From contig DAHWNL010000006.1 in assembly GCA_027339965.1 (NCBI GenBank), forward strand, positions 55,381 through 119,380: a stretch of DNA of 64,000 nucleotides, written 5' to 3'. Shown piece by piece: positions 20,515 to 30,518 of this stretch. A program made the translations under genes and the position numbers. The DNA is from Granulicella sp. GTDB taxonomy: Bacteria; Acidobacteriota; Terriglobia; Terriglobales; Acidobacteriaceae. The notes below the pieces were generated by a model, which saw only the letters and a list, made by a program, of their open reading frames with translations, did no database searches and was not told the origin of the DNA. The first letter of the stretch is position 1; every line of letters starts with the position of its first letter.

Positions 20515-21909
20515 ATGCCAGCGCTCTCCCCGCATGACTCCCCAGCCCATCTGCGCCAGGTTCTGACGCTCTGGGACCTGATCTTCTACGGAATGGTGCT
20601 GATTCAGCCGGTCGCCGGCATCCCGCTGTTTGGCGTGGCACAGAAGCTCTCCAACGGCCATACCGTCACCACCATCCTGCTGGCCATGCTGGCCATGGTC
20701 ATCACCGCCGTCAGCTATGGCCGCATGGCCGCCGTCTATCCCTCGGCGGGCTCGGCCTACACCTATGTGGGGCGAGCCATCAATTCGCATCTCGGCTTCC
20801 TCATCGGCTGGGCAATGCTGCTGGACTATATTCTGCAGCCGCTCATCAACGTGGTATGGATCTCGGTCGCCCTGCACAGCCGCTACGTCACCGCGATTCC
20901 CTTTCCCATCACAGCCCTGGCCGTCAGCGCGTTCATCACGGCGCTCAACCTGGTAGGCATCCGCTCTTCGGCACGTCTCAACAAGCTCTTGCTGGTGGCC
21001 ATGTGCATGGTCATCGCCGCCTTCTTCTTGCTCGGGGTCAACTATCTTTTTCACCATGGGCGCTGGCCTGCGCTCTTCTCCGTGACGCCCTTTTATGATT
21101 CCAGAACCTTTGACATTCGCCGTGTCTGGGGGGCCACCTCATTCGCCGCTCTCACCTACATCGGCTTTGACGGCATCACAACTCTTTCGGAAGAGGTGAA
21201 GAATCCCCGCCGCAACGTCCTGCTGGCCACCGTGCTGGTGTGCATCTTCACCGGTCTGCTCAGCGGAGTCCAGATCTATCTTGGCCAGCGCATCTGGCCC
21301 GACTGGCACACCTTCCCCAATCTTGAGACAGCGTTCATGGACGTCTGCCATCGCGTGGGCGGGCCGGTGCTGTTTGAGGCAATGGGCATGGTGCTCATCC
21401 TGGCTGCTCTGGGTAGCGCGCTCACCGGCGGCCTGGGAGCCGCGCGGCTGCTCTTCGGCATGGGCCGGGATGGGGTTCTTCCGCGCCGCTTCTTCGCCCA
21501 TCTTGACCCAAAGACCAATACACCCACCTGGAACATTCTGCTCATCGGGGCGGTAGCATGGCTCGGAGCAGTGGCGCTCAACTACGTAGGGAGTGCCTAC
21601 GAACACGCCGGCGAGTTGCTGAACTTCGGCGCCTTCCTGGCCTTCATGGGAGTGAATCTCTCGGTGTTCTGGCATTTCACGCTGCAGCGTCAGAGCGCAG
21701 GGCCGCACCCGGATCGCAGAAGAGGCCTATTGCGCAATATCGTCCTGCCCCTGGCTGGCTTTGGCTTTTGCGCCTCCATCTGGTGGAATCTCAACATTCT
21801 TGCCAAAATCGTCGGCGGCATCTGGTTCTGCGCCGGAGCAGCCTACCTCGTCGCTACAACCAGTTTCTTCCGCAAGGCGCCCAAGATGATCGACTTCAGT
21901 GAATCCTAG
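20515..21909 (+). CDS. APC-family amino acid/polyamine permease
   Basis: About 12 hydrophobic segments; SYGRMAAVYPSAGSAYTY, GWAMLLDY, YIGFDGITTLSEE, ARLLFGMGRDG and LLNFGA. Confidence 0.92.
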   Translation: MPALSPHDSPAHLRQVLTLWDLIFYGMVLIQPVAGIPLFGVAQKLSNGHTVTTILLAMLAMVITAVSYGRMAAVYPSAGSAYTYVGRAINSHLGFLIGWAMLLDYILQPLINVVWISVALHSRYVTAIPFPITALAVSAFITALNLVGIRSSARLNKLLLVAMCMVIAAFFLLGVNYLFHHGRWPALFSVTPFYDSRTFDIRRVWGATSFAALTYIGFDGITTLSEEVKNPRRNVLLATVLVCIFTGLLSGVQIYLGQRIWPDWHTFPNLETAFMDVCHRVGGPVLFEAMGMVLILAALGSALTGGLGAARLLFGMGRDGVLPRRFFAHLDPKTNTPTWNILLIGAVAWLGAVALNYVGSAYEHAGELLNFGAFLAFMGVNLSVFWHFTLQRQSAGPHPDRRRGLLRNIVLPLAGFGFCASIWWNLNILAKIVGGIWFCAGAAYLVATTSFFRKAPKMIDFSES

Positions 21910-23690
21910 CCGCCGAAGAAAGGCGGGCCGCGCAACTCAGGCGCTTCAGCCAGCTTCGCCATTGATCTCCGGGCCGCCTTCCAAGCCTGCAAACGGGCAT
22001 TCAGAAAGCGCTGAAAGGCCTGAAAGTGCTGAACCTGAGGCACCGCTTCTGGACCGATATTTTTACCGAGTCTCTGGCACAGCGGCCGATCTTCTGAGAA
22101 TCTGGGCCATAGTGGAAGACCGCTGCCGTCGGGCGATCCGCTCTGGATGAAGTTCACCCAGTATCTGATCATAGCGTTGGAAAGGACCGCATCCGAGGGC
22201 TGTTTCACCCAGCTCGTCCAATAGCGCTGGCTCAGGAACATGTTCTCTTCGCTATGGAATGCGCCCAGAGAGGCGAAGGGTCCAGACCCTACCGCATCAA
22301 AGTTGTAAAGGTACACCGGGTGTCCGGCATCGGCGTTCTCCTTCGCCAGCAGATAGGCGCCAAAGGCAAAGTCGTAGTCGGTGAACATGCGGCGGAAGAT
22401 CCGCGGGACCTGACTGTCGGATGTCGCAGCGTAGGCTGCAAATACCTGATCGGCAAATCCGCCAAACTCATCCTTGAGCCACTTGTGGTATGCGGCCAGC
22501 GTCTGCGGACGATAGGCGGAGCCATGCACCAGCGGGCTCGCAAAGATGGAAACCTCATCCCGCGTGCTACCGACAAGAACTGGGATCGCTGCCTGGCGGC
22601 CATCGGCGAAGACAAGTGCGGGTTGCTTGGGTAGTAACCAACCGTCGATCACCGGCTCCGGATCGATCTGCTTGTCCGCTGCCGCAGCCTGCAGAAGCCG
22701 TTCCGCCGGAACGGCGCGCAGCCTGGCCATGGAAGCGCCTGCGGGCAAGCTGAGATCGCTAACCAGCCGCGCGCTCATCTCTTCGCCGCACTTCAACGAA
22801 GCCGTGATGGAATCAACGCAGGAGCCGCTTTGCAGAATCGCGCCGCGAAACAACCCGCGCGCCAAGGGAGCAGCCATCAGATTACAGACGTCGAGCGAGC
22901 CCGACGACTGACCTCCGACGGTAACGCGCGCCGGATCGCCGCCGAAGAAACGGATGTTGTCACGAACCCATCGGAGCGCCGCGATCTGGTCGAGCTGTCC
23001 GTAGTTGCCGGAGACCCGGTGCGAAGACTCCGCGTCCAGCGCGGCCGAGCTGAAAAATCCAAATACACCCAGCCGGTAGTTGAGACTGACGACTACGATG
23101 CCGCGCTTCGCCAGCGTTGCGCCGAGCGGTGGCCACTCTCCCGAACCTTCTACATTGCCGCCGCCATGCACCCAGACAAAAACCGGGAGCCTGGCCGTCG
23201 ATTGGAGTTTCGGCGTCCACACGTTGAGATACAGGCAGGCTTCGCTGGTGTGCATCGTGCGGATGCCCAGCATCTCCGGTAGCCAACCGCTGGGCGTCTG
23301 CATGCACGCGGGGCCGTAGCTGGTGGCCTCCCGTACTCCGCTCCAATGGGGCGCCGGTTGCGGCGCTCGCCAGCGCAGATTGCCCACTGGCTGGGCCGAG
23401 AATGGAATGCCGAGAAATGCGGCACCCAGCGGTGCGCCGCTCAGCGGAAGTCCCTCCAGCCTGCCTGCGGGGATCCTGACCTGAGGCGTCGTCTGTGCCG
23501 GCAGAGGCGCTACGCACACCACGGCGATCGCCGTGGCCGCAGCCAGCCGCGATGCATCGAGCGCGCCGCGAACCGCAGCCCTGCGCCAGATTCCTGCGCA
23601 GCCTCGCGTGGTCGGACGGGCTTTTTTGCCTGCTGCAGGCCAGTCTGCGCGGCCACGCAGGAACAGCGGCGCCTGATGGCGTACGATCAT
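21906..23690 (-). CDS. Carboxylesterase type B (exported)
   Basis: FLGIPF, SEACLYLNVW, VWVHGGG, NYRLG, GQSSG nucleophile elbow and AFHSEE. Start uncertain. Stop overlaps the permease stop (21906-21909). Confidence 0.88.
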   Translation of the reverse strand: MIVRHQAPLFLRGRADWPAAGKKARPTTRGCAGIWRRAAVRGALDASRLAAATAIAVVCVAPLPAQTTPQVRIPAGRLEGLPLSGAPLGAAFLGIPFSAQPVGNLRWRAPQPAPHWSGVREATSYGPACMQTPSGWLPEMLGIRTMHTSEACLYLNVWTPKLQSTARLPVFVWVHGGGNVEGSGEWPPLGATLAKRGIVVVSLNYRLGVFGFFSSAALDAESSHRVSGNYGQLDQIAALRWVRDNIRFFGGDPARVTVGGQSSGSLDVCNLMAAPLARGLFRGAILQSGSCVDSITASLKCGEEMSARLVSDLSLPAGASMARLRAVPAERLLQAAAADKQIDPEPVIDGWLLPKQPALVFADGRQAAIPVLVGSTRDEVSIFASPLVHGSAYRPQTLAAYHKWLKDEFGGFADQVFAAYAATSDSQVPRIFRRMFTDYDFAFGAYLLAKENADAGHPVYLYNFDAVGSGPFASLGAFHSEENMFLSQRYWTSWVKQPSDAVLSNAMIRYWVNFIQSGSPDGSGLPLWPRFSEDRPLCQRLGKNIGPEAVPQVQHFQAFQRFLNARLQAWKAARRSMAKLAEAPELRGPPFFGG

Positions 23691-23787
23691 CGCCGAGAAA
23701 GCTTTCCGAACATGCAAGTTGAAAACCCTCAGAAGAAAGGTAAGTCCTGGGCTGAAACAGCAGAGCTGCCATCGCGTCTCATCCAAT

Positions 23788-24258
23788 TTAGTGTTGATAC
23801 TGGAAGACGCCGCACAAGCTGGTAGAGTCGGAGTTGCTGAGAGCATCCTGCGTCAGCACCGGCGCTCGGGAACTGGAAAAGAAGGCGAGCTGGAGTGTCC
23901 GGCCATCGGTCTGCGTGGCCATCCACTTGACATCTTCGCCGCCACACAGGGTGTTCTTGTGGGCAAAGCGCTTGTTCCCAGGGATATTCAACCGGTAAAG
24001 GCTACCGGAGCCAGGTGCGTTGAGATCGACGCCGAAGACGGCGCTTCTCTCAGCCGGGGTGAGAGCCCGAATCTGCGCCATCCAATAACTCGTGGATAGG
24101 TTGATGGAAATCTTTTCGCTGCTGAGAGAAACGTCTCCTGTGATCGACCGGGCATTGGAACCCAGAGCCCGCCAATACCCCGCCTCCTGAGCGGCCAACA
24201 GTGGGCAGAGAGTGAGAAGTCCGACCAGAAAAACAGAGTTCCGCTTCAATAGCTTCAT
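23788..24258 (-). CDS. Exported hypothetical protein
   Basis: ATG 24258 preceded by AGGAG; signal peptide MKLLKRNSVFLVGLLTLCPLLAAQE; two Cys (LCGG, LCGVF) in the mature part. Confidence 0.7.
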   Translation of the reverse strand: MKLLKRNSVFLVGLLTLCPLLAAQEAGYWRALGSNARSITGDVSLSSEKISINLSTSYWMAQIRALTPAERSAVFGVDLNAPGSGSLYRLNIPGNKRFAHKNTLCGGEDVKWMATQTDGRTLQLAFFSSSRAPVLTQDALSNSDSTSLCGVFQYQH

Positions 24259-24405
24259 CTCCTGAGCATGACACCAGCCCTGAACTTTGAGCAACCCCGG
24301 CCGGTCGGATAGGCTGGCCATGCAGCCACTTCGCTTCGGTGAAGCAAGCCAGGCTCGGCCGACTGCTCTTAGCTTTGCTCATCAAACTCGCAGCCTTTCC
24401 CGGCG

Positions 24406-26520
24406 CTACTGTGGAAGCGGAGGCGGGTGTTTGGTCAGCGGTTGAGGAGCCGCCTCCGGGGTAGGCGCCGTAAGGCCGGGAATCAGGGGGGCCGAGGTGA
24501 CGCCGCCGGCGGCGGCATCCTTAATGCTGATGTGATAGCGATCCAACGTCGTCGAGAGAACCTGAAACAGAGCCGCGCGGTCCTTGGCGTAAGTCGCGGT
24601 ATCGGAGATCAGAGTATCCTCTGCGGTCGCCAGATTGCGTTGCTGCTGGAGCACGTTGGCGCTGGTACTGGCGCCGAGCCGATACTTCTTCTGCTCGGCA
24701 AGGAAGCTTTGCTCGGCGTAATCGCGCTGCGCCTGGGCCGCAGCCACCTGGGCGCGGTCATTGGTCAGGGCGTAGCGGTCGTTGATGATCTGCATACGAA
24801 TCTGGGTATAGAGCTGCTGCAGGCGCATCTCGGACTGACGCATCTCCATCTGGGAACGAGCGGCATCCGCCTGCGCGACGCGGTTGCGCAGGGGAATGTT
24901 GATGTTCAATCCAACACCCTTGTTCGGCGCGGAGTTATTGAAGACCGACTCAAAGGTTGCTCCGTAGGACACCGTGGGAAAGGTTCCAGGAGGATAGGCT
25001 CCCGTCCCCGTCAGCAGGTTCTCCGCATACGCGCTTTGCGCGCCACCCAGACCCATGCCTCCATAAAAGGCGTAGGCATCCACGGTAGGCAGCAGGCCAT
25101 TCTTCAACGCTTTGATGGTGATCACATCATTCTTCATGTTAAGGACCGCCTGCTCGATCTGGGGGTTGTTGGCTTCGGCCTCCTGAACCAGATCGTCCAC
25201 TGGCATATCCTCCTCCGTGAGCCGTTCCAGCGAGATCCGGTCAGTGGGAATGATGGGAGCGCTGGAGAATTTGGCGTCATTCAGATTCCGCGCAATCGCC
25301 TGCTTCATGATGAGCTGCTGGTACTCCAGTTTGGTCTGCGCGGAGATCAGCGCCTGCTTATCGGCTGCCACTGACGCATCGGAATTAACCACGTCCAGGG
25401 GAGCCAGCGTGCCGATGGCCAGTTGCTTGCGGTTGTCCTGGGAGAGCTGCGTGGATTGCGCCAGAGCTCGCTCCTTGGCCTGGACGTCCTCATAATCGCT
25501 GACTAGATCCCAATAGATGTCCTCCACCTGATTGATCGTATAAAGAAGCTGCTCCCGGAAGGAGGAGTCCGTGATGCGGCGATCATTTTTGGCCTGAATG
25601 ATGAACCGGTGGTTCAGATCAATACCAAAGCCCTGCAGCAGATGCTGGGTGATCTGGGCGTTGAAGGTCGAGGTGACCAGGGGACTGTAGTCGACAAAGG
25701 GATCGTTCGTGGTGACGCGAGAGTTCTGGAAGGTCACCTGGAGCAAGCTGCCTGTGACGAAGCCCTGTGTATAGCCGAAGTTGAAGGTGCCGGTGTTGGT
25801 ATACAGCGAGGGCAGACCTCCGCTGAAGAGTTCATTGGATTGGGCTTGCACGTTGGAGTTGTACTCCAATTGGCCGGTCACTGACGGGTCCAGCACCTCT
25901 GGCATGGGGCCGCCGCCGTTGGTGCTGAGAACCAGGCCGTTGGCTCCGGTGCCACCTCCGCCGGCGCTGCTCGATGTACCGCCCGGCCCGCCACCACCGG
26001 CGACCGCGGTTCCCGTGGTGCCCAGCGTATTGCCGATGATTCCCGTCGAAACGCCGCGTAGGGAACCGCCCGCACGGGCGCGGAGCAGGTCCGTGTCTGC
26101 AATGTCAAGATTGATCCGGGCGATGGCGATGTCATAGTTGTTCTCCAGGGCGAGGGTGACGGCATCGGAGAGGCTGAGATAGATTTCGCCATTGTGGAAC
26201 AAATCATAGAGGTGCGGCGTATTGTGAAGGCGAGGTGCCGGGTAGTACGTGGGGGTGTACCAGCGGAAAGGGTTGGGAAGCCCATATTTGCCGTGGCTGT
26301 AGTCATGGGCCGTGGGGCGAAGAAAGAGAGGCCCGGCAGAGCTGGGCCGGGGTGCCTCCGGTAGCGCGGAACTGTTGGAGGACTCACCTGCAACGGCCGA
26401 GGCAGGAACCGCCTGAGATGAGGAGGAGAAGGTTCCGGTCTGCTGCGCCGCGGCTGATGGAATGATTCCAGCCAACGTAAGAAGCACGCAGGCGCTCGCC
26501 TGAAGATTCCTTAGTTTCAC
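24406..26520 (-). CDS. TolC-family outer-membrane protein (long form)
   Basis: Signal peptide; LSLSDAVTLALENNYDI, YWDLV, GTLAPLDV, LLPTVD, IPLRNR and EQKKYRLGAST OEP repeats. Confidence 0.88.
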   Translation of the reverse strand: MKLRNLQASACVLLTLAGIIPSAAAQQTGTFSSSSQAVPASAVAGESSNSSALPEAPRPSSAGPLFLRPTAHDYSHGKYGLPNPFRWYTPTYYPAPRLHNTPHLYDLFHNGEIYLSLSDAVTLALENNYDIAIARINLDIADTDLLRARAGGSLRGVSTGIIGNTLGTTGTAVAGGGGPGGTSSSAGGGGTGANGLVLSTNGGGPMPEVLDPSVTGQLEYNSNVQAQSNELFSGGLPSLYTNTGTFNFGYTQGFVTGSLLQVTFQNSRVTTNDPFVDYSPLVTSTFNAQITQHLLQGFGIDLNHRFIIQAKNDRRITDSSFREQLLYTINQVEDIYWDLVSDYEDVQAKERALAQSTQLSQDNRKQLAIGTLAPLDVVNSDASVAADKQALISAQTKLEYQQLIMKQAIARNLNDAKFSSAPIIPTDRISLERLTEEDMPVDDLVQEAEANNPQIEQAVLNMKNDVITIKALKNGLLPTVDAYAFYGGMGLGGAQSAYAENLLTGTGAYPPGTFPTVSYGATFESVFNNSAPNKGVGLNINIPLRNRVAQADAARSQMEMRQSEMRLQQLYTQIRMQIINDRYALTNDRAQVAAAQAQRDYAEQSFLAEQKKYRLGASTSANVLQQQRNLATAEDTLISDTATYAKDRAALFQVLSTTLDRYHISIKDAAAGGVTSAPLIPGLTAPTPEAAPQPLTKHPPPLPQ

Positions 26521-26743
26521 GATTCACTTCTCCAACACACGGCTCGAGTGGCTTGTAGCCGGAATTCGATTGCGAACGCTGTTCGGATTTAGATACGGCG
26601 GCCGGCATGAGTTGGTTCCAGACCACGACCCTCTGCGCAGATGCCGACAGCCAGTTGTCCCTCGGCTGTGGCAATGATCTGCGGTAACAACCTCTCCCAA
26701 AGTATATCGGTCAGCCCGCAAGCGGCTCTCTACAATCAGAGTC

Positions 26744-27661
26744 ATGGCAGATGCGATGAGTCGCTCTTTTTGGAAGATCGTGGTGAGCTATGACGGGACA
26801 AACTTCCACGGATGGCAGGTTCAGCCCGGCCAGCCGACGGTACAAGGAACGTTGGCGACGGTCTTGAAGAAGTTAACCGGAGAGACTGTGCTGCCGCAGG
26901 GTTCCGGGCGGACCGACGCCGGAGTTCATGCCCTGGGGCAGGTGGCCAGTTTCTCGCTGCGCGCCCCGCTTCCGCCGGAGAACCTGCTCCGGGCCATGAA
27001 CCGCCTGCTGCCTGGAAGCGTGCGTGTTCTGCGCGCGGAAAGGGTTGGGGAGGAATTCCACGCGCGCCACAATGCGCTTGGCAAAACCTATGAATACAGA
27101 ATCTTCGAGCGCAAATTGCCGCCTTCTGCAGAGAGGATCTGTTCGCCGTTCCTGACCCCGTTTGTCTGGGACTGCCGCTGGGCGCTGGATGCCGCATCCA
27201 TGGCCCAGGCAGCCGAAGAGTTGCTCGGCACGCACAACTTCGCCTCCTTTGCCGCAACCGACCCGGAGTTGCGGGCACGCGAGGAACAGGACAAGGATGG
27301 GGAGGAAGGAACGTCGGGCCCCAACCCCGTGAAAACCATTGACCACTCCTCCGTGTTCCGTCAGGACGGGTTGCTGCTCTACCGTGTCACCGGAAGCGGA
27401 TTCCTCCACCACATGGTGAGAAACATCGTAGGAACCCTGGTGGAGATTGGGCGCGGAGCCATGGAGGGCGAACAGCTTGCGAAGATTCTGGAAGCACGCA
27501 ATCGTACGCTGGCCGGACCCACTGCCCCGGCACGCGGGTTGTTCCTGGTGAATGTGGATTATGTTGGGAGTACGCACCGCTTCGGGGGCGAAACAGCCCT
27601 GAGCTATGGAAACAGCCCTGAGCATCCGAATGCAACCTCGATCTCCGGAGACCGTCCTTGA
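26744..27661 (+). CDS. truA: tRNA pseudouridine(38-40) synthase
   Basis: YDGTNFHGWQVQ, GSGRTDAGVHA, FHAR, GTHNFASF, GFLHHMVRNIVG and TAPARGL. Confidence 0.96.
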   Translation: MADAMSRSFWKIVVSYDGTNFHGWQVQPGQPTVQGTLATVLKKLTGETVLPQGSGRTDAGVHALGQVASFSLRAPLPPENLLRAMNRLLPGSVRVLRAERVGEEFHARHNALGKTYEYRIFERKLPPSAERICSPFLTPFVWDCRWALDAASMAQAAEELLGTHNFASFAATDPELRAREEQDKDGEEGTSGPNPVKTIDHSSVFRQDGLLLYRVTGSGFLHHMVRNIVGTLVEIGRGAMEGEQLAKILEARNRTLAGPTAPARGLFLVNVDYVGSTHRFGGETALSYGNSPEHPNATSISGDRP

Positions 27662-28974
27662 GCGCCGCGCACCATCTTCGCATCACCCAACTCGCCAGTG
27701 ATCGCCGTCTGCACCATGCCTTCGCCTGGCTGCATCTGCATGAGGCGCAGTTGCGGCGTTGGCAGTTGGAGTTTCTCGCCATTCCGGCGCCGCCCTTCTC
27801 CGAATCCCGGCGGGCAGCGTGGTTCTGCGAGCGCTTCCGAGAGCTTGGATTATCTGAGCCGAGGCTAGATGCGGAGGGCAACGCGGTTGCCGAACTGCGG
27901 CCCTCACCGTCTGCCTCCTGCCCAGCCGTTGACTCCGTCTCCGCATCTGCCGTGGTTTTGCTCTCGGCGCACCTGGACACGGTCTTTCCTTCTGGAACGA
28001 ACTGCTCGCCGCGAGAGGTGGAGGCCCATATTCTGGGCCCAGGAGCGTGCGACAACGGCGCCGGTTTGGCCGGGTTGCTCGGCTTGGCGGCGGCGATGCG
28101 CCATGCCCAAATCCGTCCGGATTGCACGATTCTCTTCGCAGCCAATGTGGGCGAGGAGGGTGAGGGCAACCTGCGCGGCATGCGCCACTTGCTTCAAACG
28201 GAACCCTACGCCGGCAGAGTTCGAGCCGCCATCGCATTGGAGGGAGCCGGCGAGCGAATCGTGGTTGACCAGGCTCTGGGCAGCCGGCGGCTGCGCATTA
28301 CCCTCTGTGGACCAGGTGGGCACTCCTGGGCGGACGCGGGGCGCGCCAACCCGATCCTGACCATGGCGGCAGCGATGCTGGAACTGAACCGGACGCCGTT
28401 GCCGGCGCGGCCCAGGACGACGCTGAACTGGGGAGTGATCCGGGGGGGAAGCTCGGTGAACTCAATTCCCGAGTCCGTAACTGCGGATCTGGATCTGAGG
28501 TCGGTCTCTGGCGGCGAGCTAGACCGGCTGGAGTTGCAGGTACTCCAGACGCTGCAGCGGCTGGTCGAGGCGGAGAACCGGCGGCACGGGATGAAGACCC
28601 TTACCCTGCAAGCGAAACGGATCGGCGAACGCCCCCTGGGCAGGCTTGGGGCGGGTTCCGGGCTGGCCACGAGTCTGCGAGCCGTGGATCGGCACCTGCG
28701 GATTGTCACCGAGAGACGGATCGGATCCACGGATGCCAACCTGCCGCTATCTCTGGGCATCCCCGCGCTGGCCATCGGCGCGGGTGGCCGGGGATGGGGG
28801 ATCCATACGCTCGATGAGGGCTATGATCCTACCGGACGGCACCTGGCCCTTCGCCGGGTGCTTCTGCTCCTGCTCGACGCTTGTACCCTGAGCGGGCAAG
28901 ATGCCTCCCCAGCCCAAGCGGATGCGGAGACGGCTTGGGACCCCAAAACCACTGGAGTACACTCCTTGACGTGA
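27658..28974 (+). CDS. M20/M25/M40 family metallo-hydrolase
   Basis: SAHLDTVF, GPGACDN, VGEEGEG, GGHSW, SVNSIP, GSTDAN and IHT. TTG start overlaps the truA stop. Confidence 0.88.
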   Translation: MSAAHHLRITQLASDRRLHHAFAWLHLHEAQLRRWQLEFLAIPAPPFSESRRAAWFCERFRELGLSEPRLDAEGNAVAELRPSPSASCPAVDSVSASAVVLLSAHLDTVFPSGTNCSPREVEAHILGPGACDNGAGLAGLLGLAAAMRHAQIRPDCTILFAANVGEEGEGNLRGMRHLLQTEPYAGRVRAAIALEGAGERIVVDQALGSRRLRITLCGPGGHSWADAGRANPILTMAAAMLELNRTPLPARPRTTLNWGVIRGGSSVNSIPESVTADLDLRSVSGGELDRLELQVLQTLQRLVEAENRRHGMKTLTLQAKRIGERPLGRLGAGSGLATSLRAVDRHLRIVTERRIGSTDANLPLSLGIPALAIGAGGRGWGIHTLDEGYDPTGRHLALRRVLLLLLDACTLSGQDASPAQADAETAWDPKTTGVHSLT

Positions 28975-29080
28975 GATCTTCTGTTTGCAAGCTGGTTCTG
29001 CAAACCGTGACCGGCGGTCATCGAGCGTCGCTTGCCCCAGCGGAGATCTCCAGGGCATGATCGCAGGGCCTGGAGGTAAG

Positions 29081-30166
29081 TTGCGAAGATCCCATAGCCT
29101 GGCGGCGCATCTTCTCCTGCTGGGGGTGGCGGTGGTATGGGGAACCACCTTTGCGCTGGTCAAGGCAGCGCTGGCCGATGCCTCACCGATGATCTTCAAT
29201 CTGCTCCGCATGACGCTGGCCTTTGCTGCGCTCGTGGCGATCAACCTTCCCGACCTGCGCCAGCTAAAGCCGGCGGATCTCAAGCTGGGGGCAGCCGCAG
29301 GTTTGTTCCTGGGGCTGGGATACCAGTTGCAAACCACCGGGCTGATGTACACCACAGCCTCCCGAGCGGCCTTCATCACCGGCCTTGTGGTGGTGATGGT
29401 GCCCCTGATGAGTGCGATCCCGGGGCTACGCCCGCGACCCGGTGGCCGCAGATCTTCGCTGGCTGAGGCCGGCAGCGCTTTTGCTGAGAAGATTGCTCCG
29501 GCCGAGCGCTCGTTTCCACTTCCAGACTTCGCCTCCAGCCAAAGAATCGAGTCTCAACCTTCATCCCGGCTCGACTCCCCTGCGGATGACACATCCGGGC
29601 TACGTCCGAATTTAGACACCTATGTGGGAGCGCTGGTGGCATTCGTTGGCCTGGCGCTGCTGACCTCGCCCCAGGCGACGGGTCCGGAGCCGTTCTCTGG
29701 AATTCATTTGGGAGAGTGGCTCTGCCTGGGCTGTGCGGTTGCCTTCGCCGCCCATCTGCTCGCCCTGGCCAAAGCCGCCTCCCGGGTCTCAGCCCGCAGG
29801 CTAGGAACCTTGCAGATTGGCTTTGCGGCAGTCGTCATGCTTGTCACCCTGCCGCTGGGAGGGCCGCTGCGCTTTCACAGCGCGGGAGTCCTTTGGCTCG
29901 CCCTGGCGGTCACCTCGGTGCTGGCCACGGCGGCGGCCTTTACTATCCAGAGTTGGGCACAGCAGCATTTGCCCGCTTCGCATACGGCGCTGATTCTCAC
30001 CCTGGAACCGATCTTTGCGTGGCTCACCTCCCTGTTCTTCCTCGGCGAACATTTGGGACGGCGGGGAATTCTGGGAGCGTTTCTGATCCTTGCTGGGATT
30101 CTGGTGGCGGAGTTGCGGCCCGTGACGCACGGACGCAACCAGCCGCTGCCTTTAACCGGAGCCTGA
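29081..30166 (+). CDS. EamA/DMT family transporter with an enlarged inter-domain linker
   Basis: VVWGTTF, LGYQLQTTGL, AAFITGL, IQSWAQ and LEPIFA. GGAGG precedes TTG 29081. Confidence 0.88.
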   Translation: MRRSHSLAAHLLLLGVAVVWGTTFALVKAALADASPMIFNLLRMTLAFAALVAINLPDLRQLKPADLKLGAAAGLFLGLGYQLQTTGLMYTTASRAAFITGLVVVMVPLMSAIPGLRPRPGGRRSSLAEAGSAFAEKIAPAERSFPLPDFASSQRIESQPSSRLDSPADDTSGLRPNLDTYVGALVAFVGLALLTSPQATGPEPFSGIHLGEWLCLGCAVAFAAHLLALAKAASRVSARRLGTLQIGFAAVVMLVTLPLGGPLRFHSAGVLWLALAVTSVLATAAAFTIQSWAQQHLPASHTALILTLEPIFAWLTSLFFLGEHLGRRGILGAFLILAGILVAELRPVTHGRNQPLPLTGA

Positions 30167-30180
30167 TAACCGGAGCCTGA
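30153..30180. repeat. Perfect 14-bp tandem duplication over the EamA stop codon
   Basis: TAACCGGAGCCTGA x2 (30153-30166, 30167-30180). Confidence 0.85.
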
Positions 30181-30380
30181 CGAGTCTTGTGCTGCCCTCC
30201 CCACCCGTCAAAAACATCCTCCACGATTCACCCCACTCCCATGAAGTCCGAAAGGATAACCCTCTGTACCCTCCCCACCGTAGCCGATCCGATCGCGGCG
30301 GAGATGCAGAAAAGCTGCAAAGATGCATACACTGGAGAAGGCTCTGCGCCACGGGATGCTAAACCCGATCAGATTCCCCC

Positions 30381-30407
30381 GCGACTTTTCGCAAGGACTG
30401 ACGTCTA
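30381..30407 (+). promoter_or_regulatory. Possible ECF-sigma promoter of degP
   Basis: GCGACTT-N15-GTCTA resembles the ECF pattern (G)AACTT...CGTCTA. degP genes are typical ECF targets. Confidence 0.3.
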
Positions 30408-30518
30408 TCCCCACGGCGAGCAAAAATCTGCAAGCCAAACCTGCTGAGCAGGTTACCTCGGCGTCACCGCAAAGCATCAGATGAATGGAACGAATCCAGA
30501 ACGAGGGAAAACACTATC

